Positions 1 through 15,028 of a stretch of 64,000 bases of DNA are shown in pieces; position 1 is the first letter of the stretch, and each line of letters starts with the position of its first letter. The notes under the pieces are model-generated. The model saw only the letters and a list, made by a program, of their open reading frames with translations, had not been told where the DNA came from and made no database searches. Both the position numbers and the translations under genes were made by a program. This DNA comes from Lingula anatina. Its lineage: Eukaryota; Animalia; Brachiopoda. The stretch is from the NCBI GenBank assembly GCA_051362555.1, contig CM120640.1, forward strand, positions 40,464,788 through 40,528,787, read 5' to 3'.

Positions 1-2970
1 GTTTGTAGAAAGCCTCATTGATCTCTACCATACTATTTGATAGAAACAGTGGTACATTAGCCTTGTAAAAATACTCTGACAATAACACAGAGACAATAAA
101 ACCATGAAGCCAAATACTCCATAAAACTGGATAAACACCTGAACTCCATGCAGTCAATGAAACTCTAAATGGAGAGGATTTATGACAAAAAAAATTGTAT
201 TAACTATTCACTGTGTTAAATTGACCATAAGAAGGGTTGTAGCTTTGGTGTTAAGGTGCAAAACAAAACATCATTTTGTATTGAGATAATATGTACACAA
301 GAAGATTAAAAAGTTCATTCTTATGTGAAATTGAATACATACTGTATATACTCAGTCAAAGGCAGGTCAGCATGTCATTCAGTTTCCCTTGATTCTTGCT
401 ACCATAAAAGCTGCCAAGGGATGTATCATTACCGATGATAAGTAAAACATTCAATAATTGATCCATGCCAAAAATCATAGGTTTTGCCTTCTTAATGCAT
501 TCTATTATTAGGAACACCTTCTGTTATTATGGACATGTATCTGCCAAAGTAACCCCCCCCCCCCCAAAAAAAAAAAAATAATAATAATAATAACAATAAT
601 AAAAAAATGAAAATAAAATAAATGCATTCAAGTTGTATCCCTGCCTTAGTGAGCTGGTTTGAATAAAGTTTACATACCTGATTTACATGGTGAATTCTAG
701 ATATTTTTCTCTCTTTTTTCTATTATAATTTTGCCAATATGAAAGTTTCATGTTTTTTTTAAATATTCATGTGTCTCAGACTATCATGTTTTTATGTTTA
801 CAAAAATATGAATCCACAATAATGGAGACAATTTTTACCCAAAGCTAATAAACGTGATGCCTTCATCTTCAAATGTTTTCAGAACTTGAATAGAACTTGT
901 TTTAAAAAAATTGGCCCAAAAACTTAAAATAAAAAAAAAAAACCTGGTAAGCATCTGACCTGGGATCCATATCCAGATCAGTCTAAGAATTTTAATCTAG
1001 AATCTGTGGCTTACATTGCATACTAGAGCAAACAATGATTATCTCAACACAATAGCCCAATTACATATGACAACTATCTCTATTTTGGACCAGGAATTCA
1101 TAAAAAATGCCTATAATAGACTTTGCAAAGTCCACTTTATGAAGTCTGCCAACCCATTTAAGCAGTCTAAATTATGAAAAAAAAAAAAAAATGACTGGTC
1201 ACCTGCTAAGGATGATGGGGAATGTCATGTGGGCCTAAACCTGTAGGTAGGCCTACATATTATATTTGCCATTAATCCTGAGAACAAATTCATAAATTAT
1301 GAAAGCTCATGCCACTTACTTTGGTCAAAAGATGTATAGAGTAAACAATTAAATTTCTACACAATAATCTTCAATGTGCAACAAAATGATAAAAAGATAA
1401 AAAAAATTCATACTGACTGTATGTATACATGTTTAATCAAGCCTTTTGGTCTTGGCAAGTGGATTTGTTTAAAAACGCTATAACAAATCTAAATATTAGG
1501 ATTGCTTTCATGCTTCATAAGTCAATGGCTTCTCCAGCCTACAACTTCACAATAGAGAACTCAGAATACATCATTCTGAGGGTCATTTATATTAAAATGA
1601 CAAAAGGCAATCCTGTACGATAGCTCCAGTATACAGAATTCTGTGCTTGAAGAGTTATGGATTTCTGCTGCGTTTCTGTGCAACAAATGACTGCAGCATG
1701 TAACATTGCCTAAGTACATTAATGGTTTCAAACTGAAGGGTCAACTTCACAATAAATGACTGAGAAAAGAGCTGACATAGAATACATATTCACTCAATCA
1801 AACCACAATTTCCTAATTGAACATTTTGATTTTGACTTTATACAGTACAAAACATCTTATTTTAACTTCACCTGACAAAGCATGTGTGTGCGTGTGTGCA
1901 AATGTACGTGCATCCATGTACGCGAATTTTTTACTGAATTTTAAAGGACATTGAAGACTCACTCCTCCACTATCCACATATCCAGTATCATGACAGAAAC
2001 AAGCAGTTTCCAATGTCCTCTAAAACTCAGGCCGCTTTGTATACATATGCTTCTGTGTGTAATTGTCCTAATCCAATAAATGTCAACACCACCCTTTAAT
2101 AAAACAAATATATTTTCATCATTGTAAAGAATACATCGATTCTCTTTCAACTATAATGAATTTTTTGCTGTATGCCTCAGGTTTCATGCCTGTGATGTTT
2201 TGCCTTTGCTGGTCAGGTAAAAATGTTCTTTTCTTTCTTTTGAGAAATGAGCACCTGTCTGAATTTATAAAACTGGAATTTAAACTACCAAAGAAAAAGT
2301 GCTTTGTGTTGTAACTGAAGCAACAAAAGTTTAGTTTCCAATATGAAACTTATATGTTAGAGCTTAACATAATACTCAGAGATGATATACTGCATAAAAT
2401 CTTGAAACAATACATGTGCTGTATATGTTAAGTAACCACAAGGACTTATAAGACGTATTCTGCAAATGTCTTTTTTTTTTCTTTTTCTTGTCTGATTCCA
2501 CTTGAATGTGTACAAAAATACCCTGTAATTGAAAATATAATTAATATCTTATGTCACTAATCCAAGAGCAAGGGAGTAATACCAGGACATCCGTGAGTAT
2601 ACAAGTTGTCCTTCTATTTCAAAGACAAGCACAGAGGCACAAAAACAACCAAACACATCACAGACTGTAGAGACAGCAGCATCTTCACACACAAATTACA
2701 GACAGAAACCCTCTGGAATCTTGTCACAGCAATTGATCACAGAAGAACTCAGTTGCAATAATTTAGTTAGGATTGGTTAGTTTTTCCGAGAGCTGTAATA
2801 TCACTCTGTAGGAAATGGGGAGGGTGCTTCTATCAGCTAATTTGAGCAATCCCCTGGGGAGCATCACGCTCTCGGATAATTAATTCACAAAGTCAACTTA
2901 AACAATGATTTCTTAGATTCTCAAAGACAAGAAATCCTTTTTCAATCTAAATGTAATGTCTGACTCATGG

Positions 2971-2973
<3 letters not shown>

Positions 2974-3010
<37 letters not shown>
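2974..3010. repeat. (GA)n microsatellite
   Basis: Direct reading. Confidence 0.9.
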
Positions 3011-5488
3011 AATCAGGCAAATACGTTAAGCTATTATTAGTCATGAGGGTGCAAAAAAGCTGACTGAACATTATCAAAAATTTATGATGCTAAGTTAGAG
3101 CCGAAGTGACCTGGATGGAGTACAGCTCTATCCACCTTCCACCTTTGTGCACAGGTCGAAATGTTTGCCAACCTTGAGGTGTTAGTCTGCCATTGATTTT
3201 CGTTGGAGCTGCTGAAACAATGCTTTTTGGATAATTGCCAATAAGAAAAATAATGAGATTTCTTGAAATAATAAAACACTGTTTTGATAAGGAAGGCTCC
3301 AGGGACAACTTGTGTCTCTAACCTCAATGAAATTTGATACATGAGAGAGAAAAATGCCCCCAGGACTATCCAACTTGAACAGGAATAAAGAACAATTGGG
3401 ATAAACACCTGACTTCACAAGTATTTTCCATTCGAGCTCAGTATCATTAACCAGAAATGATAGATTTTCATGACAGATAATCAAAATGCATTACAGTTGA
3501 AATAATAAGAAGCATAAATGTCATTATACTGTCACAGCAGAGGAATTTTAAACTAGCAGGAGAAAAAGCAAAGAGAAAAAAACATAAAACATAAATATCC
3601 TGAAGTCTAAACAGGTGACCCTTTAAATACAGCCCAAATACAGTCTACTGTATGTCACCTCTACCACAATTTCACACCTACCCCAATATTCCATAGCCTG
3701 CCAAGTCCAATGGATTACATAATGCACCTCTTGACCCCTATTCAATTACGCACAGCCTAGCTGTGAATCTCCCATATTTTACTTGTCTTGGTACTTACCC
3801 TATAAGAAGCCCAAATCAATAACTACATTCAATTCTATAATGATCCAACATGTTATATACTAATCTCACACTGCCAAGGAGGTTAAACCCACTAAACCAG
3901 TTGTACAATAAAACATCTGCACACAAATACATATAACATTGCATCATCAAATACAAGATTTCATCCTTTGAAATGAAAGGTGCTTGTGGATGTGATTACG
4001 AGTAAAAATGGACTTAAACGGTTTCTCTCAGCTGTGGTAGGGATGGCCTGGTATAGGTAAAGGCAAGGACTGCCTATACACACTCAGGTATAAAGGATAA
4101 TATTGATCCAAAATCAAAGGAAGTCAACTTAAGTAATAGACCTACAATGCATTGCAGTAAACAGTTGTTTAATGGCCGTCTGCCATCTACAGATTGAGAT
4201 TGGTAGACCGTGCCTAAGCAGCTTTTATTTTACCATTCAAATCTACTTATACCACTATTTACCACTGTGGGGTCTTAAGTCCAAATCTATGTGCATTTTC
4301 TTCTCTTTTCAACAAATAAAAAATGTAAGAGAATGTGGACCATTTACTCCATCACTTAGATGTTTGCTTGTGGAGTGCCTTGGGACTAATTTTTATGTTA
4401 TTGGTATTATCAGTATAATCCTGTGGAATGTCCTTTGTTGAATGCCTTTTTTTTGGCCAAATACACCTGAATATGTAGGACAATTTTAAATTATATGGGA
4501 CCTAAACAGTGAGAAAGCTCTTTAAAAAGGAATAATTCCATAATAAATTTAGTGATTTTAACAGTATTAAAGAATTTGGCAAATATTTCAAGTGCTGGTT
4601 TTCAAATTGTTTTCAAGTCAAAGTCCAATAGCACAATGCTAAACAGCAGGTCTGACGCAGAGGCCTTAAAAAAAGCTCACTGTGGACCTCGAATTAAATC
4701 ATCTCTAATGAGAGCTTGAGGTCAAAAATCAACATTAAAAGCATTTCTGGAATGGCTGTGTTAAATCAAGAATCAAGATCAAGGCCATGAATATCTGAGA
4801 GCATACTGTTTTAACATTTCTTTAAAAAGTTTTTTCTCTCCTCTTTCACAATATGGTATCAAAGTAAAAGAGGGCATTTTTCCTGAAAATGTAAGCTTTT
4901 AACAGAAAAGAGTTAAATGCATTCTAGCTGTAGAAGGAAGCTACTTTTGTTGAATATGCATGTTTATTGATGGTAAAACAACTTCCATTATGCATTCTCA
5001 TTTGGCATTCCACCCACCAACAAGTCTAATAGTCTAAATTTACTCCTAGGGTCTAATGATTAGACTAATTGTCCCCTAACCTTTTCTTTCTGCCCGTGTG
5101 GCTGTCCTTGCTCCCCAATGCAAATTTGCAGATGTTCACATGTAGCAGGGTTCCTTAACACCATTTACTCATATACACACGGACTTGTTATGGGGGTATT
5201 TGTTTTTTACAGCATGAACAAAATGGGAATATTAGATGCTCCTGTATAGCGTAAGTAGGTACTAGTAGATATATGCATGCGCATCAGATCTGAACCAATA
5301 CTGAACATATTTATTACAGCCACACATCCAAAATTAAAAACAAATTAAGGAAATATTTCTAAGGGCCCCTCCCCTCCCTTCCCCCACCCTAATGCACATA
5401 CGTATCACCCATATCAGCTTTCTTTCAACATCTATAGCCCTCTCCCCCAATTTTTCCTTTAAAAATGTAACATCTGAGGTATACATAC

Positions 5489-6797
5489 CTGCAGCCATGC
5501 CAGCCTGCTGATCATCATACTCCTGCAAGTCATGGGACAGGGTGTTGAACTTGTGCACCAAGTCCTGCATCTCCTCCGCATTCTCCACATTTATTTTAGG
5601 AAGTGAGTTGCTTCTAGTGTCATCACCAAGCCCATGATAATCATGATGATAGCCCCAGATTTCTGAGTCCGAGTTATAATCTGGCGACTCCTTATTGGAT
5701 TTCCTAGGAGACATGTATTCTAAACTTTGCTGTTTCTGTGTACGATAGTAAGCAGCCGCCGAGGCTTGGGGACTGCTCAACACTGGTTCTTTGCCAGAGG
5801 CTTTTCGACTTAACGTACTGTGGTCAGACTTACTCTGCAACTGTTTTCTAATTCTTTCATAGTCTTCCTTCAGTTTGGCATCTGTAGTATCACAAAATTT
5901 TGGGTCAACATCATCCATTCCATTTACCTTTGGTCCTCCCTCCGCACCTTTATAAGATGCAGAAGTTTCACTGGATAGCCCACTGTCATTGGAGTCTTCT
6001 TTCTCCACTTGTTCCATGGCAGCAATCTGATGTTGGAGGGCCTTGGACCGCGAGTGACGAAGTCCCTCTGGTAACCCCAGCCCCTGTGCCATCTGCCTTG
6101 AGTAAGCCTCCCTTGCCTCCCTCCCTGCCAGTATAAATTCATCTGGGCAAGAATCATCCTGCTCATGTTCCGATCTGGATTCAAAAGAAACTGAACCTTG
6201 TTTCAGTACCACAACAGGTTTCTGAGGCTCTATTGTTGCTATTGTAGTTCCAGTATTCCCTTGCCTTGAATATGATCTAGTCCTAATTGTTAAAGTTAAT
6301 TTCTTTGGTATTGACATTAATACGACGACGTCATCTAGGTTCATGCTCGTTACATTGACTGTGTTCACTGTTACAATTTCGTCTCCCATGCGTAAAAGCC
6401 CATTCTTTTCTACTATGCTACCAGGTGCAATTCGAGAAATAAAAACTCCCCCAGTTCGGTCTATGCCATTGCCTTCCCGTATATAAAACCCAAGACTTTG
6501 TCCTGGGCGTTTTAAAATCTCCACAGTTTGAATAACGACGTCGTCTCCAGTGATTTCCATGTTTTTTATTCCCATATCTAATGCACTCGAGTCATGTTTC
6601 TTGCCTTTTCTATGTCTTGGAGAAAGTGGCGACGCTTTCGGGCTCTGCTGGAGTAGTGGTTTTTCGCATGTTTCCCGGCGAGGGCTGTCACTTTCGCGAT
6701 CGCGGCTACTCTGTCTCTCTTTGCTCTTCGATCGTGACCGTTTGTCCTTCTTGTTCTTTCCTTTTGCGGAGGTCTCTGCCATCCTCCCAGAGCCTTC
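5489..6797 (-). CDS. RhoGAP100F: Large PDZ-domain coding exon of a RhoGAP100F/Syd-1 homologue; the C2 and RhoGAP exons should lie left of the window
   Basis: ORF 5334-6782 contains VEILKRPGQSLGFYIREGNGIDRTGGVFISRIAPGS...GDEIVTVNTVNVTSMNLDDVVVLMSIPKKLTL and KPVVVLK, matching the invertebrate Syd-1 PDZ from memory. Acceptor ttttgaacag at 6798 (phase 0, EGSGRMAE...). Donor cag|gtatgt at 5488 (phase 1). The ORF tail below 5489 is intron read-through. Confidence 0.88.
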
Positions 6798-9700
6798 CTG
6801 TTCAAAAGAGAAAAATTAATGGTACAGTAAAAACTGAAAAAGCGCCAGCAGTTTCAGGCACATGTCTCTCAGTTCAGTGGTGCGCTTCCAATCAATAATA
6901 AAATCGCGGTCAGCCTTTGAAGGTTTTAGGTCAAGGTCGGAGAAACGAAGGAATAGGTTTTTCAACCAGCGAGAGTGCTACAGGTGTCCCAAGATAGGAA
7001 AGCTTAGGTATTGGATCAGAGAAGGCAAACATAATTATGGGCAGGTTATTGATAATACATATTTACCAAACAACCACACATCTTTTACTGTTGTTGCTTT
7101 GCTATTTGATAGACTTGGGATAAAAATATTGTTTCCTCTAGTGACCACTAAGTAGCGCCATCTTTTATCTCAAACTGACACTAGTGCGGTTATCTGCTGC
7201 GACAGCGAAGAAAATACATTTTAGACGTCAACTTTTAAACTTTTGAGTTAAACAAAATATTGCACAAAAGGATAATTTATTTTCAAATCAGAATAATGTT
7301 TTTTTTTCATTTACCTCTTTGTACTCAACTCATTATGTTATTTATTATACTGGTATTATTAATTTTCAGAATTCATCGTTGAAATGCAACGTGACTAATC
7401 TTCTTTACAGATATAGCCTCAAATAAACTTGTATGCTCACAGGGCCTAAACTGACCATGTAACCTAATTGTTTCCTTAATAAAATTAGACAAAACGGATT
7501 AAATAAGCCAGCCTACTACAAATAGAAATAGTTTTCATCTTGCCTGTGGCAATCGTTGGGCAAGTTGTCAGTTCTGAACTATTGCCTCTAACATTTTTGT
7601 TTAGAATATGCAATAAACATATGCTATAGGAAGTCCACTGCCCTTTATCAATACCAGCCCGAGGAAAAGGCTTGTAAGAAAACAGCTGAAACTGGAGGTG
7701 ACATGCTTAAACAAATTGGCTGACCTTTCAATTTTCAGGGTACAGTGCTCAAGGTCATATTAATTGACTGATCCCATTAAAATGGATGCATTCTTAAAAA
7801 TATTTATCAGAATTCTGTGGACGTTTATCAGTTATCGAAAGGTTAGGTCAGCAATACAACCATTTTGTTCAAAAGTACGCCTACTGGGTAGGCCTATTCT
7901 TTTATATCGAGGTAGTAGGCATTTCAGACAGAAGTGAAATTTTGCCAGCCACACCCCCTTTAGATTCCTGAACTGTTTTGTCCAATGCAAACTTGTCAAT
8001 CGAAGCGAATTTAAAATTATTTCTATTTACTCGACCCTTACCTGCCCAGGGTAGAATTAGCAATACGCCTATGTCTTTAACCCCCAGGTAAGATACTCAA
8101 AAGAGGGAAAAGTGAAAATAAAGAAAAATGGATCATAGTTAATCATTCAAATATTCATGACGAGTACGGTGGGAATGACAGCCTGTGTGAGCACAAACGC
8201 GAGTGTGTTGAATCTGTTACCAGTATATGGTTTTTGAATGTTGTCTCTCTCTATTTCAAAGGGATGCCTATATAGAGCATTTTTTCCAGTGACTAGATAT
8301 CATTTTTTTAAATAGTAGTATGTTTTTAGCAAACGTATCACAATTCTTTTTTTTCCTCAAAAACTTTCTAATAAATACTAGAGGCAACAAAAGGTAGGTC
8401 TAATTTTCGAATCATCAAGTAGGCAAATGCACATTGTTGACTGGGAATGGTCCACAAATACGGATTTTGAACGTGTTTTCGACACTTTCTCCTTCATATC
8501 CACTTTCCATCCGTTCAAGACGTACACACTGATCAAAAAGATGCTTCTAGATCAGTCACTCAGCCCTATAAGTTTTCACTGTCATATTCCGCAATTAAGA
8601 AATGTTTAATTTTTTTAACGCAGGTAAAAGTTTGACTCTATATAAATAACATGACAAATTTTGAAAATGCCGATCAATTTGATTTTTTTTTTTTTTTTTT
8701 TTGACAAAACTGGCTCTCCAATCTCCTGTTTGGCATGATCATCTCCTAGAACACATTAAACTCACAGACTTAAAATAAAAACAAGTGTATATTTATAAAA
8801 AAATTACATATAAATATCGATAATGATTTTTTTAGCGCCGGGTGCTAAGTGGTAGTCTATTATCGATACAACATAAGTGTCATTTTACTCTGTGTACGTG
8901 ATACCAAAGAATGGAGTGATGTTGCTTGAACATTCGATCATGCCATGTCTGTCTTCATAGATGGAGAAATGTTTCCTTAGTCCATAATAGTAGATATGGC
9001 TTTCTTTGATACAATAAAAGAGTTTGAATACAAAGAAATATTGATTAGCGGCAGTGGAAGAATAAGCTTGGGTTTCAAACCAGGTTGTATTACTGCACAG
9101 ACCTAGTTTAGTCAATAACCTAATGTAATTCATATGCCGCCCACTGCCTTTCAAAAAATAATAATTACAGTAATCATAAAACACACTTGAGATGCATGAT
9201 CTTCAAATATCAAAATAGCGTAGATCTTTATATCTTCAAGAAAAGATAGACATCTTTTGGAGGGAAAACGTTGCAATTTATTCTGGCGTTTTTGGTTCAC
9301 TTCCCTGCCAATTTCATAATGCCTACCCCAGATGGAAACCCTAGATCTGCTTACCATTTCTAGGAAAAATTTACTGTGTCTCTTGTGCAAAACGAGCGTC
9401 TGATGGTAGATTTGGGCAAAAAACAAACTTTGGCGCTCAGACCATACCGACCACACAAGGATGAGTGCCAGTGGCGCGTGCATGTTTCCCGAGGCTCAAC
9501 TTGAAATTGATACCTCGCTGTCTGGGGTTTTACTTTCTTAACTTGATGCAGAATTTTTTTTATATATGACCAGTGCTGACAAAAAATGCCTCACCAATTT
9601 TTGTCGAACTGAAAATTCAGAATATTGCGTGTAGAAATATACAACCATTGGATTATTTCGCAACCGCTTTGTTTCTGTCTGTCAGCTGGATGTCATACGT

Positions 9701-12700
9701 ATTTGATTTCGAATTATAGAGAAATATGCATTTTCATACTGTTTGCACATCTGATAAGTATACATATGTATAATCTTTTTTAAAAAGGTGATAAAACAAA
9801 TGAAAGAAAAAAGTTTTGACTGCGCACAACATCAAGGTCAGAACGCACCAAGAGACGAGGAGAAACCATAGAATTATCCTGACGATACTTTTTGTCAGGG
9901 AAACTTTGTTGTATTTGGAACGATGCAGTGAACTGCAAGAGCCCTTGTAAAAAATAAATCTGGAAGAAATACAGGAGCCTAAAGACAACAACAACAACAA
10001 AAAAAAAAAAAAAGACTTCTAACGCGACAAATCAATTAACATAATGGCTGAAAAGTAACAAGATAGAAAGATATTTGATTTATTTCATTATCAAGTCAAC
10101 TGTGTACAGTGTACTATACGCCAAGTCTTTCTGTATTAACCTCTTTCATCAACTTCATTACACGTATATCCGAATTTACTAGATAAACCAGCGATTTGGA
10201 TGACGGAAATAAAAGAAAAAGTGTAACGCAGATGTCGGGAATTAAATTCAATAACCCCATAACTCAAATATCCTTCATATTTTAATATGAACCGGACTAG
10301 TTGAGAATTAAATTAAAGGGGTTAAATGTGTAGCAAGGCGCAATTTCATGTGTATTTATGGGGGGGGGGGGGCGTTTTTTTATTATCATTATCTTTAGCC
10401 TTTTTGATTGACAATGTATCTGTATTTCTAGTTAGTTCAAGAACAAGTTGTAAAAAATGGCTACATACTGTATTAACTACAACAGAGTATAAACTGTTTT
10501 ATACACCGCAATGCTTATTTGTGGCTTAATTCCAACAGATTGGCTTGTCTGTATTATGGGACCTTACTTACAAATGCAAAAATATAAGAATCTGCCATTT
10601 AAGAAATGCTGCTGAGAAGAAACATATCCCCTTTACTCGGATAATAGGGGGGAGGGGGAATAAAAAATACAAGTAACATAACACTCAGTAATAAATAAAG
10701 CGAATTTCCGTGGATATTTGCATTCCTTCGTCACATCTTTTAATCTAGACAACCAAACACAATGGGATAAATTAATACCAGAAATGAAGATGCAAAGAAC
10801 AAAAACGCACTATCATTTCATTTTGTGTTCCTATTATGGACTATTGATTGTAAAGAGGCAATTGTGTTTATCGCAGTTTTGCAGTCGCACAAGTAAAAAC
10901 AAAGCTCTGTCTAAATAGTCATTCTCTTGGTGCAATCTTATTGGCTTTCACTGTTTTACATTGTTAAAATGTGATGTTGTTAAAATGATTGAGTTATACT
11001 AAAAGCCCCACGTTTTCACGAGATGACTGTCTGCTGATTAGGATCACGAAAACTGTTAAGGGTGAAAAAAACGGATAATGAAAACTCTAACTCTCAAGTT
11101 TTTCACCAACGTGTTGCATAAAGCGAATATATGGACGTATAACACGTCAACTTGGCAACTCGCATTTGATATCTTAATCATATTGAAGGTACATGTACTG
11201 TGTTTCCCTTTTCCTCTTTTACAAGTTCAGAAGTTTTGGTTGAGTAATTACAAATATAACAATAGGACCGTTTATTTATTAATTTATTTTTCATTTTTAT
11301 TTAGTTTTCTTTTTTTTTTTTTTTTTTTTTTTTTTGCAAATCACATTTCTATCAAACTATATGTATGTAGAGATATATACCACAGCAAGATCTTAATTGA
11401 GTACAAGCATTTTATACCTCATAACAAACCATTTAAAACGCAACCGCAATCCTCTTGTGCCCGTTTACTATTCTTAAAGGACCAACTACCGTCTATACTG
11501 TGCTCATAGATAAATAGATTGAACCTGAACAGTCCTTGAAGGCGTATTTTAAAACCCAGCTCGGCCATGTTAAACTATTGGGAGGATAAAAAACTAACAA
11601 AGGAAATAAATAAAAGCGAGTTCGAAGTCATATGGGAAACGGTACTTATATTACTGGTACTAAGTGGATTTAAATCTGTTTAGTGCAGGAGAAGATGAAT
11701 AACCAAAAGACTATATGTTCCATATCATCAGAATTTCTGGTGGTGCATATCATCATCTATATAACAGAATAAGTGTCTGGTAGTCCATCTGAAGCCATTA
11801 TATTCATCATTAATGCCCCATGAGACTCAGCATAGTCCGAGCAATATGGATAAAGCGCACCCTCTCTCCTTTCTGCACGGCTCTTAATGCGTTTTCGTTA
11901 TAAAATACATGTACCAATGCATATGCTTAGAAACCGGAGTGGGTGGGGGTAGATTTCCTACTGTTATAACCACGTCAGTTGTAAGCGGAGGAAGCAGGGG
12001 TTAAGGGGGTTTCCTTATAAGGGTTTCCTTATGGTTTCCCTTTGGTTCTTCTAAAAGGCTCCTCGCCCCGTCACTATTTTTTTTTTAAATGATCACTTTA
12101 AATTTTACCTTCTGCAAGCCTGTAAAGGTATCATAAATAAACATTAAGACAGTTTATGCATATTAGGAATATTTTCGGGAAAGTGTTACTGCGAAAACTG
12201 TACATGTACCAGGACTTAGTTTTCATTATTATTATTATTATTTGACTGATTTTAAGTGACTTAAGGGTTGTTTGATAATTTTTTGACACTTGTCAATATT
12301 TTGTGGGACTGTCTTTTAAAAAGTTTCAGAGTCAACCTTAGAGTTTTGTGTTAATTGTGAATTATTAAAAAAACATAATACCAGTATTTACCAGTGAATA
12401 AACTTAAACAGGAACGCCGAAAATTTCAAAGATCAAGCAACAGAAACACTGATATCGTTCAATTTGTTACAATTGAATAATCATAACACAAGCATTATTT
12501 GTCATCTGTTGTGAAACAATAATGCAATATGATGTGTCTTGACTTCCTTGTAAAAACGTGTTCATGTTACAGTAACAACATCATAATGCTGCTTTAAACA
12601 TAGTCCTTTAAGACATACAGTAGTTTAGACTTGGACCTACTATACACAAGGTTTAGACAGTTTAGACAGTTATTATAAACTACTACATAAATGATGCTCG

Positions 12701-14765
12701 CTTTTCCCGTTATATATATTTCTTGATATACATGTCTAGTATCCACTGTCGTCTTATCAAAAAGGTCGATAACCTGGTTTCACTGTGATTAGACAACTAT
12801 TCGTGTACAAGAACTGGCCACTTATAGAGAAACACTCGTTGTTTGTCACGAATGCAAGTTTCGTGTTCCGCTTTTATAAATAGACATATTTGCATGTTTA
12901 CACAAGGTGGTTTTATCGATCGAAAGGTGTAGATTATATCACCTGTCTCATTAAAAAAAGACAGGAAAAGAAATTACATGTAGCCAATAAATACTCAAGG
13001 AAAATTTTATGTAAAAAATAATTGTTTAAATGTCGTTTTTAAGAAATCTATTGGCCCATTGGTAACCTTAAATCATAAAAGTGGTAATCTGATTACAGGT
13101 CTAACACTTAATTTATGGATTGCAAGATAAGGATAAAAATCTGAATCTGCAATCACAACACTTTGAACAAAGGCAGAAACAAAATCACACTTTTTAATTG
13201 TATTTACTAACAATATTACATCAAGAAAATGGTTACTGCTGTAGTGTCATCTGCAACTTTTATCTCAACTATTGACAGATGACGGAAACTGTTAGGACAG
13301 ACATCTCAAATGAGAAAAAAATTAAAGAATTTGCGTTGACACAACAGCGTTTATGCAACTGACCATCAAGATTTTATTTATACACCAATATCATCATCGG
13401 CTCTTTTGTGCAATGATCTATTTCTGTTTTATTATTATTACTATTATTATTATTATCATACATGTAACATTATTGTTGTTTTTAGACAAATATAGAAAGG
13501 CTTCATATTTGTTCTCAACAGGAAGTACATTTTCTGAGATATAAGATATGATATTGATAGGTGCTCAAAGCATTTTTACTGCTGAATTTCTATTGTTAAA
13601 ATAATCAATTTAACAAATTCCATCCCATACAATGTGGTCTTTGTTTCAAGGAGTGTCTCCGTGTTCAGTAAAGTATCCGGATGTATATCAATTTTAATGA
13701 ATTGAGTCACTTCAAGTTCTCATATATCACTTTATTTGAAGTCATGTCTGTCTGAGTCGATTGACGATTCGCCGTCTTTTGGCTGAGAAACGTTATAGCC
13801 AAGGGCAGTTTGTCAAAACTGGTTAAAGATTGCACGTAGCCCCAGTTATATATTTTAGAGTTCCGAGTCCAGACACAAAAAGCTGCATGTGTTTTGGATA
13901 ACTGTCCTTCTGCGCACTGATCTTCTCTTCCCACCATGAAACAAAAAGACCACATAAGACCACAGAAAATGGTCAGTCGTGATCAAGACTCTGATGAAAG
14001 ATGGCAACTTCATGCTTCATAAGTAAAGCACGTTAATTCTGTCTCTTTCTAAACGATTTAAAATTTTTTCAAACAGAAATATAGTTAAATTGATTGCGAA
14101 CACAAATTCCACGGAAGTTATTCATTTGAAGGTGGTTATGGAAAGCAGGTGATGGTAAGATGTGGTGCGTGACGTTCACTTCAAGATGCGCATATCACGC
14201 GGTTTTGTCAGAAAAATAGCTCTATGGTTATTTAGTAACCATATATTTTTTTGTTAACGCTGTACCACAGACTCTGAACAACCTTCATGGAAAACCATGA
14301 AACAGACAACAAAATAGGAGAGAAGATTAGTCAGTCTACTTTTCAGGATGTCAGGATTGTGACATTTTTGAAAATCTATCCGCTTCTCTGCTGCCTCATG
14401 TTGAACCGCAACGGACAAAAAATCGACAAAATTGATAATTCATTTTTGCTATAAATCATCGGTGCACCCTTTTCTTTAAAATAATACCCACTTCTACACC
14501 ACCAAGCTTTGGATTTATACAATTATTTCGTAGTAATTTCGTGCTCTCTTGTACTGAAATTCCTTTCTGATTTCATGCAGTGACAGACATCAGCCTCAGT
14601 GCACCTGTAGATCACAATCTAACATGCATATGGAAACATGCATATGTTGTTGTTCAGTCAATTGAAATTACCAGCTATCACAGTTTATAGCAATTATTAT
14701 GTTAATACCTGTGATTTTTATTACCGATCTTTGAATTAATACAACCAGGTGCGCTTGCCTTCGTT

Positions 14766-14820
14766 TTCTCTCTCTCTTTCTCCCTCTCTCTCTGTCTCTC
14801 TCTCTCTCTCTGTCTCTCTC
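14766..14820. repeat. Imperfect (CT)n microsatellite
   Basis: Direct reading. Confidence 0.85.
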
Positions 14821-15028
14821 ACTTCCACTTCATTCTCAGTACTACAAACCGTCACACCATCAAAGACATCATTTTTTACCATTTGATTATTCCTATCAGT
14901 CAGGTTATCCAGTTAGATGTTTGACGAAAGAGTAGAAGACAGGGGTCGATAGACAGACGAGCGTGAAGACGGATAGTCTGTCAGTTTTTATTGCCGTGCA
15001 AGGCCAAGACGTAGTATTAATCATTTAA

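Noticed and set aside
1963-2020. Exon-like segment (ttttag|aggaca...ggagga|gtgagt, minus strand) as the next Syd-1 exon
   Set aside because: In the phase required after 5489 it hits a stop, and it has no recognisable Syd-1 similarity. An intervening exon cannot be excluded.
5334-5488. C-terminal tail of the 482-aa ORF
   Set aside because: It follows a consensus donor (cag|gtatgt) and is intron read-through.
5900-6898. Overlapping ORFs in other frames or strand of the PDZ exon
   Set aside because: Shadow ORFs of a real coding exon.
7145-7160. ccactaagtagcgcc as miR-252 or a CTCF site
   Set aside because: No hairpin, and too degenerate to call a CTCF site without data.
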